The notes under the pieces: generated by a model
Told to the model about the DNA's origin: nothing
Databases searched by the model: none
Seen by the model: only the letters and a program-made list of their open reading frames with translations
From: Phoronis australis
Lineage: Eukaryota > Animalia > Phoronida
Direction of reading: 5' to 3'
DNA: 64,000 nt
Assembly: GCA_002633005.1 (NCBI GenBank)
Contig: NMRA01000080.1
Span: 773,291-837,290, forward strand
Position numbers and translations under genes: made by a program
Shown here: positions 51,701-62,235 of the stretch, one piece after another
How positions within the stretch are numbered: position 1 is the first letter of the stretch
Layout of the letters: each line of letters begins with the position of its first letter

Positions 51701-54700
51701 TTGCTTGATTGACCCAAACTGGTGTCGACGCTCGGTGTAATGTGGTTGTGCACAGTCCCAATGGTCAAGACGAAGATGAGCTGGAATTGGTCCAGATATT
51801 CCTTTTACCTGTTTATGACAGCCCCTTGGCGATGTGACTACCTGCAAGAGATGGGAAGAGAGGCATTTAGTTATGATCGAACACTGTTTATCTGTTTACA
51901 GTCGGAGATTTCATTCATGCTGAAAGGGGATAAATGATTTTTTGATGTTCCACTCTTCTTGACGTTGAATGTGGTGCAATTTGTTAATATATGCTTGATC
52001 AATTAATGTTAGCTTCCAAATCACTGTAGGGGACAGGTTGGATTACAACAGCGTCTATTCAGTCGGGGTTGTCAATGAATTTGGCATATTTTGTCCTAGT
52101 TTGCGTAAATATGGCCATCGGGATCGTCTTCAGTTGGTGGATTAGTAACATCGAGATATGCTACGACAGCTGATAATAACAGCTTCCCATACAGGTAACC
52201 AGGGCCCCTAGTTCTCTTTTGTTATAATTTGTTTGTTTGTAGCGGTTGTGTTCATGTTATAGTTTGAGAGGAAATTGGATATTAAACCTGTCTTTGCATT
52301 TCATTGCATACAGTCATTACTAACCACAAAGTAAGATGAGCATTGTGGGTTTCTAAATTAGATTCATTGTCGTATTTGTATCTGTTGAGAAGTCCCAAAG
52401 TGCCAGCTATAGCAACTCCATCTAGTGTTGGCTCGTGTAGGGTACCCATCAGCTTCCAGTCGTATTGCTCTCAGCGCACAAAATTACACGCTTCCGTCAC
52501 CCTAACTTATTGAGCCTGGCCTCAAACAGTGACAAATCGTAGGTTCTTTGAAAGCCCAAAAATCACTTTTATTATGAGTTTCCTAACCTACATGTTCTAA
52601 CCAATTTTACAACTGTAAGTGGCTAGAATTAAAAATTTTATTTTTTCTAAAAAGGTAGGTACATAGAAGCTTCAAACAAAGGCTATTCTTTCTCACCTTG
52701 ACACAGTCTCACCTTGACACAGTCTCACCTTGACACAATCTCACCTTGACACAGTCTCATCACGGTTTCTTCTTGTTTCAGTCCTGGGTAGTCCTAGCTG
52801 TAGCTCCTCCAGTACTGATCCGTCATTAAAACATGCCTCCGACGTTCCATTCCGGCGTATATCCCGCACCATATCTCAGTCTGATCATGTGTTTCGCGGT
52901 CTAACCGAGGGTGGGCATTTCTACAACAGCATACTGATCTGTGATAACACGCGTGCCTTACAAAGGCAGGGCCACTACGATGAGACACTGGGGAGACTAG
53001 CCAATGAAAGGGAACGCAACCGTCCACTTGTCTGCGTTAATACTGATTTGATGCCGGATATGGTTTGTAGCGATGAGAATGAGAACTATCAGGAAGTGGC
53101 GGAAAGTAGTGAGAACGAGAAACTCAGTGAGGAATACATATTGGATTTCGAACGAAGCAGTAAAGAAGACCAGACGTTGTTAAAGCCTCATCGATTAGTT
53201 GGGCGTACTGACTCTGATTCGACACTGGTTCCCGAAAAATCGTTTTCTTTTGCTTCCGATTCATTCGCTGTTGGAGAAAGCTTTGAGGGTATCTCTAGAC
53301 GGCCGTCTTATAAAGAGGGAGTCTTATTGGATTTGCACTCAATGGTTCTGACTGAAGAAGGTGCTAGTGTGTTAAACGAAGGTAAGGTCGAGGCTGGCCT
53401 CGACTTAACTGTTTACTGCCAGTGTGGAGACAAAGTGCTCACAAAAAACGATGGTGTGTGCTACAATTGCAGTAAAAGTACTGCTGAAGGACAACGTGGG
53501 AGTTTCCACGATGAACAAAGCATTTCAGAGAAAAGCGCTGGAACATTTCAGATACCTCCGAAGACTCCTAAGTTGAATTCTCGCTCCAAGGATTTCCGTC
53601 GTCAGAAATTCTCTCGACTAGCTCTGGAACATGTGGATTCTTTCGAACTTGAAGAGGTTTGTTTGCAAATGTGAAATGTCACAAATTACAATAATCCTAA
53701 TGTTTGCTGTTCTGTCTTAGAAATCTCAATTTTGGGGTGAAATCATTTTCAGGAAGCTTGTATTTTAAACCTTTTTTGTTTTCATGTGGCAAATTGACAA
53801 AAATGTGAAAATAGAGAATTGCCGTATTTCCAAGTTTCTTTATTTTAGTACAAACACTTCTGCCTAGTGTCAAAATAATCATAATTTCGCATTTTTGCTT
53901 TTCATAATTAACATTGCTTTAAATTAGTTCTGTTCATAATTTCGTATTCGTTTCAGATTCATACGGCAGACGACAATAACTGTTTTGAGATTCCAGAGGA
54001 TAACCCATTGACACGCACCATCAGCCTGCAGTCCGGTAGCAGCGGGTTCGCTGAGTTCGACCAGCAGGAAGCCATGTGGCTTGCTCTGCATGAGCCCTGT
54101 CATGAACTGGTGAGTTGTCTTGTTCTGTGGTTGGTTGTCTGGTCATCTGCTCTGAGCACGCAGTACTAATCTGCCCCTGAGTTGTCTCCCCTTGTACTGC
54201 CGGCTATGGACTCATCATTTACTGGGTAGTTGAAGGTCTTATACTGTGGACTGGATTTTCTTGGGAATTGCATGAGTAAATTCATTGATGTACCCACACG
54301 TACAAAACGTGACCCCATATTGCAGGTATCTCTGTCGCGGCTGTCCAGTGTCTGCTGCTGTATCTCCAAAACTCCTTGGACTTTTAGATGCATCTGACCT
54401 CCACTATACCCCCAAGTGGCAATTTTGTTTTTTTTTTGTTAACCTCTGTTTCATCGGAATCCCTTGCCAGATTTTCATGAATTCTGACAGCTAGGTTTCT
54501 ATTTAATGAATGACGCAATAGATTCCTTTTGTGGGACAGATTTGGCTAACTGTGCCACCTATTGGTCACAGTAGGTTTCCATAAGGGATACGACGACACC
54601 TTCCCATTTTTGGATGGGTGCGATGTATTCTGTGGCACCTAGTGGCCACTTTTATGATACTAATAAAGACTCCTAGAAGCATGCCATTTGATGTGAAGTC

Positions 54701-57700
54701 TTGTGTGCATTTTAATGCCTAGCTCTTGTTTTTGAAGTTTGTGTTGCAACTTATTATAAAATGTGATTGGCACGAGAATGACAAATGGCTAATTAATGTT
54801 ACTGCAAATCGCTAATTAGCATGGTCGTGGTGTACATCTGCAGACCAAAGTCCCTAAGGACATGTAGCATTGCGAGTAAGTACTGTAGAATGAGATAGGG
54901 CGCTTTGGTATTCTTGGAAGGAACTATTGGGATGCTTTTTCCATCCAACTACTGGTTTCAAAAAACAAAGTTTCACCCTGTAGTGTGAATTTTGTTCCTA
55001 AGTTTTAATGTTGGTTTGGATCACCCTCTGAACTGTGTGGTTTGGTCTAAAATTCTAATGCATCCTTGCTATGACAGTAACATGATAATTTTAGAGGATG
55101 GCATTTAGTTATCTGATAAACACAAGAGTTAATATAATGTCGGTTGTGTTTATGTGGCAAGTTCTTGATGGAAACCCTAAGGATATAACTTGTTATCTTG
55201 TTGGATACAGAGTATGTGGTAGAGCGATGTAGTTATTACCAGATGAAAAGAATGCGTGTACAATGTTCTAATTAGGTATTGCCTTTGGACATTTCGATGG
55301 CACCGTGTTCTTATCCCAGCTTCAGGCTTGAAAAGAGTCAATCCCAGCTGTTTTAGCCAGTCTCAGGTAACTGAGTAACACTGGGTTTATCTTATCCTTA
55401 TTAGATTTCTGTGCAATGCATAGCCAATAACCTCATCTGTACTGACTGCAGAAGTTTACATGGCATGATGCTCTCATTAATAGAGGCTTGGAATTGTGTT
55501 CTCAGTCTTTCTTGTTACTGCTAAATAATTAGTTAATGCTTAGTTTTTGTCTCATCCTTGTTAGATACCCGAGGTGGAAACCTTAGAAGTGGATAATCTC
55601 GATAAACGGATAGTGTTTCCTTGGCGACATATACCAGGCAGTGAAGTGTCTCACAGTTGTGAGTGTGAAAAAACGTTTAGACCACACTCAACAGACTGTC
55701 TGCAGTATAAGACGTCAGGGTTCGGATTGAAACCTGTCAAAGCTGTGAAGTTAAAAAGCTTCCGAAGTGCTAGTGTTGATTTAGGTGTGTTGACTCCGTC
55801 AATGGTGGATAAAATGAAGTCGCAAAATTGGGAGGCTCCAAAACAATGCAGAGACTGGAGTACGGTGCTGCCAGGTGGCAGATTTGAAACTGAGGCAAGC
55901 CTTGACAGATCTGCCACAGTGGTTAGTTGTCATATTAATTATCTCAAGTTTGCCAACAAAGTCGTTAGTGGGGTGATACGCCAAGCATTTGATGATATTC
56001 AGTTGTCCTTGAGGCAGAGATATTTAGCAAAAACAGGTGAAACCGACAAAGTGTCTAGGAATGTTGAAGATTTCTGTGATAGGCTGTCGCAGAGCATCAC
56101 TGATAGTGCAGTTCTGTGTGCTGCAAAAATTGTTCAAAAGTATGAGGTATCTCAAGTGACGGATACAATGTTGTATTTCGCTGACAATATTGCATACAAT
56201 GCTATCCAGGGGGCTTATGAAGTGGTCCAGGATATATTTACTGTACCACCGGTGCCACGGAGGAAGGAAGATATTGGTGATACTATGGAAACGGAAACAG
56301 ATTTATTGGAGCGCTTGCTCAATTTTGATGGAAACACTCATGGTAATCACAGGAATTCAGAGGCTGCATTGAGCGACTCGGATTCATTCATGGATGCTGG
56401 TTTATCTGCTATGGTGTCTGGGAAAAACGACCATCGTAATCAACTGCCACGCAGCAAGGATAACTGTGATATTGTTGACAGACATAGTTTTGTTATGCCC
56501 AGTGGTATAGACATAGGATGTCAAACTGATTTTTCATATAGACAAGATGTGTTTAACGAAATTAGTCAAGCTACGAAAGACAATCAGGTTGGAAAAAGAG
56601 ATATGTCATCGAAAGGGGAGTCTGCTGAAGTCTGTGTTCAGTGTGAATCTTCAGTGTTTGATGCGGTTTCTGATGAGTTACGTGAAAGAGATGATTTACG
56701 TGGTGGTAAATCTACGGTAAGGCAAAGCCAGCATCGGTCAGAGCTAAATTACGTGCTCAACAGCCCACATAGATCTCAAACATTTCTTTCCGAGGCGCAT
56801 CTGCAGGTCTCGCCAAGGTCGGCAAGCCTTCACAAGGACGTTCTTGTGAAAAATCAACGACAGAAAAACCATAGCCGCAGTACTGGTGCAACTACGTACT
56901 CCTCCATTCTTCAAGTTGAATTCGACAGTGAGTCGCACGTGACTAAGCCGCCTGTATACATGTCTGCTGCTGCCGCGTCTATGGAGGGTCGTCTGCACTT
57001 CGTAGCACACAACGAGCCGCCGAGAGAGTCATCCACACCACTTTGGTCACGTGATAAACAAAGTTTAGCCTCCGAGCTGTTGGCAGTTACTTCTGATAAG
57101 GAATGGATGTTGGCCAATGATCCGACTCTCGAGAGCAAGGGAGAAACAAAGCTTCCAGTATTCACCACCAGGTACGGTCCTCCAACCGTGGACTTTCCAA
57201 TTTCTATACCATCTTTTGTAAACAGGTCCTCGGTGGCGAGTGAGTCACGTAACACATATCACAGTGTGTCTCTACCATGTAGTGGACCATCGGTGCCATG
57301 CCCTGACCGCGTGTCACACTGGGTAACAGCCTCTGCAACTGATTTGACTGAGAGGGACAGAGCTGCCAGTACGCATTCCTTACCAGTTGAATCCATGTCC
57401 AAAGGAGGACAGCGGCCAAGGAGTGGGTCAGCGGCCAGTACTCGAAGTGCCTCTGGTCTTTTCAATAACCATGACCGGGAGATGCTAACCTTGTCATCGA
57501 TTGTCAGGTCTCCGTATGAGGTACGTACAGTCTCTTATTTTCCGTTTATATTGCTCTATTTGTTCTTTGTTGCCCTCTCCTGTTGTGTTCACATGATGAC
57601 TTGTACCCAGAATTATTTGATCTGGGTAAAACTAGTGTCAAATTGTACCTGCGGTGTCATTATGATCCGGAACAAACTGTGTTAACTATCTTACTAGCAC

Positions 57701-60700
57701 TTGTGCCTGGAGTACCTTTGAATTTAGACTAAAATGGCTGGCAATTCCCAATCTAATTCTTGTTTAGAAAATCTAGTGCACACTGAATAGGGAACTCGAA
57801 TGTGTGCTTATGGTCTCCAGGTGGAAAGATTTTGAATAGGAATAGCAGTGGCATTTTTGTCAAGTTTTATGAACTTCCACATTTTTGATAGTTGGGTGTG
57901 TTTTTAGGTTACTGTTATGTATTTAAGCGTCACGTTATGGCACAAAACTGAAACGTTTATTTTGTATAATTTCTAGGGACTTGGAAATTTTTATTATTTT
58001 CAGTAAATGTATATGTGTAGCAATTAGTCATCTTTTGAAGTATTAGAAAAACAACAAAATTAATATTTCTCTCATTCAAAACAGTTCTAGAGTTTCAAAG
58101 TTTGAGAAAATCCAAGAAGAGATTTGATACAAACTTACTGGTGTACCTATCTTGGCTACAGCTTTGTAATGGATGCAAACTAGAATTTATTGAGTGAGAA
58201 ATGCTGTACCCAGTCTTTTCACAGATTTGTTGTGGGGGGTTTGTTGGAGAAATATTCTCAACGTGCTCCATCAAATTTTAGAGTTTGAATTCGTCTGTGG
58301 TTGGCAAGGAGTCTCTTGACGCTAACTCATCTAGTTCCGTGGGCCGGCTGCAACAACTTTCTCGCCGACTGAAGATGGTCGAGGAAGCCAAGCTAATGAG
58401 AGAAACGTTAAAGAAATACAAAACTGACCTCTGTCTCCTGGATCTAGCATCCAGCAAACAATTGGTGGACGAGTAAGTGATGGGATGAATTCATGTATCC
58501 GTGTGATGGTTTTATGCACAGAGCAAATTTTTAGGGATTTAAAAAGCTAAATGTGACTTTTGTATTATTTTTAAGGGTAACCTTAGGGATTGTTTGCATC
58601 AGTTAGTAATTTCCAGGAGTGTATAAGACGTAGCTATGGTTGGGTAGTTGTTAAAACTGCTACAGTGTTACGAATGGTAATTTGGCAGTTAATGAATTAT
58701 TCACTAGTTATTCATTGTAAAGACCACAGCATGATTTTTGGCTTGAAAAATACTTCACTTTTTTCTTGTCCTCAAGTTAAGGACGTCGTCACTCGCGAAA
58801 AGTTATGTAACAGTGGTTCATCCCTAAATACTCGTGAATAGTTAATAAGTAACTGTGGTGCATCCCTAAATATATTGCGATGTACTATCGCCATCGAATG
58901 ATATATAATGGATATCACCGTGTTCTTGCTAGGTCTCTGTACGAAGAAATGGAAGCCATTCTGCGTGAGATCCACTCGGAAATAATCACTCTAGAGGGCG
59001 CTGTATCCCACCGACTATCGGGGCTTGTCTCTGGGGACTACACAGAGGATGACCTTTGCTCTCTGCATCAGATGCAGGTTCTGGAGTCAGTAAGTCTAGT
59101 TTTCATCTATGCACAGCACTCAGCATGGTCAGAGACTGAAAGTTGGGTTATGTATCACTGATTTTTGTTTGAGTTGTCCTGATTCATGAACACTAGCAAA
59201 CTGTTGTTTTTTGGCCTTATTTGTATACTGTTGTGGTGCTAATCACTATTTTGAATTGAGATTAGTTTGCCATTTCTCATTCCAATACTAACTCGTGCAT
59301 AGTGAGTTTCAATGGAGACATAAAGAACTCTTGGTGTGATAATTGGTTCTTCACATGCCCCACTCCTGTCAAATGTTTCTTGGCGGCCCTACATCTCTAA
59401 AACTAGGTCAATCCTCTGAATGTGTTTTTCTACCTTTTACAAAAGAGGAGAGTTGAACAGGATGTTGGAATTACTCAGGACTATCTCTGTGAGAAGACCT
59501 GTGGTGTTGGCTTTAAACCAGGCAATATTTTTAGATTCGAATATTTCTTTATTTCTAATTCATCAAAATCATATTTGTGTTGTTGCAGATGATAGACTTA
59601 ATGAAGGAACAGCTGTATCATCAGCACCTCTTAAGGAGAACACCTAGTGCGTCCATGGCAACACATTCTGAGGTGTCGTGGCAACGGACAGACTCTCCCC
59701 TAGCCCATTCTGAGTCATCGTGGCAGCAAGAGCGAGACTCGGTAATGAGTGAGCTGGCTTCCATGAGGCAACTGGTGCGCGATCAAGAAATGTCGTTGAG
59801 GCAGATCGTGAATGAGTCGTACTCAGAGGTAAGACACGTGCTCAGCGCGTAAATTGACACATCAGAACAAGTGAATTGGTTAGAGCAATTATGGACTGTC
59901 AGTTGTTTTGAAAATCAGAAATCATCTCCCATTTGTCAAACAAATAATTTGAGACTAATTTTGTAAGGGTAAGTGGTGTAAATCAAAGTTGTTTTATCTG
60001 GTGGAAGGCGGCTTTATAGCTGCTTAAAGATACCTTTGGAACAATTAAATATCAGACGATATGGCAGTTGGAGAAATAAGTGCACGAGACATGGATAAAA
60101 CAGGGCACTGTTATACCATGAGACATGGACAATACAGGGTATATCTATACCACGAGACATGGACAATACAGGGTATATCTATACCACGAGACATGGGCAA
60201 AACAGGGTACATCTATACCATGAGACATGTACAAAATGGGGTATACCTATATCATCAACAGGACTGGTATACTTGAACAGTATACATTCTACGTTGTCTC
60301 TTTAGCGTTGTGAGTGTTTTTCGTAATTCTGGTGTGCAAGATTGGCTGAGTTGGTGTAGACAAAATGCAATTTCTTTCAATCACGGACATATTGAAATTT
60401 TTTACGCACAACAGTGATGATTTGGTGGTACGATGGCTGCAAAGAATTGATAGAAAACACTGGAAAATATCCCACTGCATAAAATCCGTACAAGAACGCA
60501 GAACTCTGTCCAGCAACTACCCTGTCGCCATCTAGTGACATGGTGTATTTTGTCATGTCACCACTATATCGGAATATCGCTATTGATCCAAAAATGAGGT
60601 CAAACTTTCATTGTTACATTGTGATTGGCCACAGATATATCCGTAGTGTCATAAACTGTTTAAATAAAATCACACCAATTTAGGACACCATTCGGCATAG

Positions 60701-61026
60701 AAGTGAAATTCTCCGTTATTTCTTTTTCATAAAAGATGTGTAGCACTGAATTAGTGCTTTTCCAAGCTATGTATCATAGGTATCATTAGACAAAATTCTG
60801 AGCAATTGAGGGCATTCACATATTTCTTTAAAAATCAAAGAAAGGTCAATCTTGGCAATTATTTTGGTCCGAAATTATTGCGATTTTACGATAACAGTGT
60901 TATACGTCTCATCTTCTTACTTTGGATAATATGAACAAAGAGCTGATTGTCTTTCAGATTAAATCCGCACTCATGAAGGAGCTAGACCTTAAAAGGATTC
61001 CGTCAAGTAAAGGCCATACGTCCTAG
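30661..61026 (+). CDS. ITPRID2: ITPR-interacting domain protein (ITPRID/SSFA2-KRAP/TESPA1 family; ITPRID2-like); join(30661..30772,38635..38680,40413..40507,42249..42297,43507..43599,46695..46936,52782..53656,53957..54109,55565..57520,58282..58472,58933..59089,59589..59828,60958..61026), about 1425 aa
   Basis: 13 GT-AG exons join in phase (4278 nt). Family motifs appear in the expected order: IQRWL, GNSFEDDLNLGDEA, SVEQIL...AEEILESLGFG...SKIPLRFL...ARGINV, DSFELEE, LTRTISLQSGSSGFAE, and a C-terminal SSFA2_C-like coiled coil. Probably a single co-orthologue of the vertebrate paralogues. Confidence 0.8.
32228..32398 (+). mobile_element. One-arm copy of the fold-back MITE at 44959-45266
   Basis: Shares aatctggtc..gcttacaaaatta..ggaggcat..ttcaaagggaagat..tgagatctcgtct. 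Confidence 0.75.
32627..33455 (+). mobile_element. HINE-like element, copy 2 (five CTCF-like subunits)
   Basis: Homologous to 26880-27601: atgcaccc..gtgggtgcatatt, ccccctagtggc subunits, gctcttgttt end. Confidence 0.7.
33625..33985. mobile_element. Possible non-autonomous DNA element with CCGGGG-type ends
   Basis: ccaggggtttcagttggaa ... ttccacaggagtaaacccccggg, imperfect TIR. Confidence 0.35.
38635..38680 (+). CDS. ITPRID-like exon (KQQHAIQRWLNTQSQ)
   Basis: ttgtttcag acceptor, aa|gtaagt donor; I..WL motif. Confidence 0.7.
38703..38741. repeat. (GTT)n microsatellite
   Basis: Read directly. Confidence 0.95.
40413..40507 (+). CDS. ITPRID-like exon (IDEESPP...RGNSFEDDLNLGDE)
   Basis: ctgtttcag acceptor, ag|gtaaat donor; SFEDDL.LG.EA family motif. 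Confidence 0.82.
40655..40772. repeat. Degenerate (GAT/GGT/GGC)n microsatellite
   Basis: Read directly; explains the I/T/A-rich minus ORF. Confidence 0.9.
40786..40886. mobile_element. About 100-bp mini fold-back; related copy at 42950-43030
   Basis: atagtctgatataacgcacccacattttgagaacc ... ggttctcaaaatgcgggcacattatatcagactat. Confidence 0.75.
41075..41280 (-). mobile_element. tRNA-derived SINE, about 200 bp
   Basis: Minus strand A-box GTGGCTCAGTGG, B-box GGGTTCAAATCC, then a non-tRNA body and AT-rich tail with gcgaaagcgatttctg. Confidence 0.75.
42249..42297 (+). CDS. ITPRID-like exon (APVLPGRSGRDTMVQC)
   Basis: tcttgcag acceptor, cag|gtaatt donor; completes LGDE-A. Confidence 0.65.
42480..42958 (+). 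mobile_element. Old non-autonomous DNA transposon; diverged second copy at about 50368-50870
   Basis: Collinear shared blocks gattc.aatgaaact, gttattgat.c.gttg, aacaacagatt, caaattct..tttctactt. Confidence 0.6.
43133..43363. mobile_element. MITE with 13-bp TIR CAGGGCTTGGAAT and 6-bp flanking duplication gtaatg
   Basis: gtaatg|cagggcttggaat ... attccaagccctg|gtaatg. Confidence 0.85.
43507..43599 (+). CDS. ITPRID-like exon (DTPNGEAKQRRRAYQMANFFSITSEESANS)
   Basis: tttctttttttag acceptor, aag|gtatgt donor; phase 2 in and out. Confidence 0.72.
43953..44275 (+). mobile_element. HINE-like element, copy 3 (internal fragment)
   Basis: Matches copy 2 (aaactgctcaaa, gcagatgtgttccta, caccccctagtgg). 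Confidence 0.7.
44959..45266. mobile_element. 308-bp full-length fold-back MITE
   Basis: About 145-bp arms in inverted orientation around a short spacer. Confidence 0.85.
46695..46936 (+). CDS. ITPRID2: ITPRID-like exon encoding the KRAP IP3R-binding core
   Basis: SVEQILQERKPNAEEILESLGFG...SKIPLRFLTYPTRARGINV; tttcag acceptor, t|gtaagt donor. Confidence 0.88.
50368..50870 (+). mobile_element. Diverged copy of the element at 42480-42958
   Basis: Collinear shared blocks; starts ggaggacccta. Confidence 0.55.
52691..52759 (+). repeat. 16-bp tandem repeat x4 (tctcaccttgacacag) just upstream of a splice acceptor
   Basis: Read directly. Confidence 0.95.
52782..53656 (+). CDS. ITPRID-like large exon (FLGSPS...HVDSFELEE)
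   Basis: Inside the 314-aa ORF; tcttgtttcag acceptor in phase 1; gag|gtttgt donor; DSFELEE motif. Confidence 0.85.
53957..54109 (+). CDS. ITPRID-like exon (IHTADD...LTRTISLQSGSSGFAEFDQ...HEL)
   Basis: tttcag acceptor, ctg|gtgagt donor; S.SSGFAE family motif. Confidence 0.85.
54315..54731 (+). mobile_element. HINE-like element, copy 4 (internally deleted)
   Basis: cccccaagtggc, ccacctattggt and cacctagtggcc subunits; gctcttgttt end shared with copies 1-2. Confidence 0.68.
55565..57520 (+). CDS. ITPRID-like 1956-nt exon (IPEVETLEV...VRSPYE)
   Basis: 703-aa ORF; ccttgttag acceptor; gag|gtacgt donor; phase 0 in and out. Confidence 0.85.
58282..58472 (+). CDS. ITPRID-like exon, start of C-terminal coiled coil
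   Basis: ttttag acceptor; ga|gtaagt donor; EEAKLMRETLKKYKTDL. Confidence 0.8.
58933..59089 (+). CDS. ITPRID-like exon (ESLYEEMEAILREIHSEIITLEGAVSHRL...VLES)
   Basis: ttcttgctag acceptor in phase 2; tca|gtaagt donor. Confidence 0.78.
59589..59828 (+). CDS. ITPRID-like exon (MIDLMKEQLYHQHLL...SYSE)
   Basis: tgttgcag acceptor; gag|gtaaga donor; 240 nt. Confidence 0.82.
60083..60253. repeat. 34-bp minisatellite x5
   Basis: gagacatg recurs at 60086, 60120, 60154, 60188, 60222. Confidence 0.92.
60958..61026 (+). CDS. ITPRID-like terminal exon (IKSALMKELDLKRIPSSKGHTS*)
   Basis: gtctttcag acceptor; TAG at 61024-61026. Confidence 0.7.
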   Translation: MKSALMKELDLKRIPSSKGHTS

Positions 61027-62235
61027 TCATCGTCTTCTATGCAAAGTCCTTGCTTGCCCGTTTTGGATTTGCAAGCAGTGAGTTAATATATTTTTGATCA
61101 GTTTGTCTTTCATGATTCGAAATGCAGAGGTTTAGACATTGTTTTCATGACTTGTACTCAATTTTTGTACAGACATTTTGCTCACATTTATGAAATGTTA
61201 ACGCCAAAATATCTCTTTACCTGCATGTTATAGGTACGTCAGTTGGTAATTATTGAAGGAATATGGAACATAATTGAGGCTCATGGGAAGATATGGATAT
61301 TATCAAGAGGTCACATTGCCTCTGCTTCCTAAACGCTCCTCGGTTTTGCATAAATTATGTAAATGAGATTATGTCCACACTTTCTTGCCGGGTGAGACTT
61401 GGATTACCTGTGGGATCAATCTTTGTGTTATTGTGTTCCATGTTACAAAAAGTTAAACAACTGTGGAATATTTTGGTGAAACAGTTGCAATGTTGTTTCA
61501 CATGACTGTATATGTGTACAGTATATTATGTCACTTATTCTCAGTGTTATTTTGTGCGATATCTGCCTTAGTCTTGTTATTTGTTGATCAGCAGGTCTGT
61601 ATGTTTGTTCGTTGAATTACCATTAACACGTATGTCAGATTTGTTTGTGAAGATTTTTGAAATCATGTTTAATCGTTGTACCAGTGTATAATTTATTAAA
61701 GCCCAAATCATGTTCACATTTGGATTTCATGAATGACATGATTTTACTGTCTTCAGAACCTTCTTACTGTTAGATTGTCACTGTGAGTATAGACTTCTGG
61801 TACTAGAGCGATATATGAAAACCATAGCATTGCATATACACTATCATGAATTGCATTTACAACTTTGATTTGCTTGTCGAATTTCATCGAATTTGTAAGT
61901 ATCAAGTAGCACTGTGTTTTGTTTGTATTTAGTTATAAAGTGCGTGTCAGAAAGACACTCCAGCTCACCAAGTTATATTGCTGTATCAACTGTCAGTCAT
62001 GTTAAAACTGCAGGGATTGGACTGCGCCTTTGTGCCATCAGCGCATAAAAAAATAAAAAGACGCATGTTGCAGCAGTGCGCCCCCCCTGGTGCATCTTTT
62101 AAAACGCATTACTCTTCCAAAAACACAAGATTCTAGTCAACTTACCGCCAGTCGTGTTAAACATGATGGAGTTTCTGTTTCATATGTTACCACTTTAATT
62201 ATACTAAATCTGCTGGCCACAAGTTTTTGAAAAAA

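Noticed and set aside
57521-57685. Hydrophobic, transmembrane-like tail of the 703-aa ORF (YFPFILLYLFFVALSCC)
   Set aside because: It follows a good donor (gag|gtacgt) and downstream coiled-coil exons continue in phase, so it is most likely T-rich intron read-through. An intron-retained isoform cannot be excluded without RNA data.
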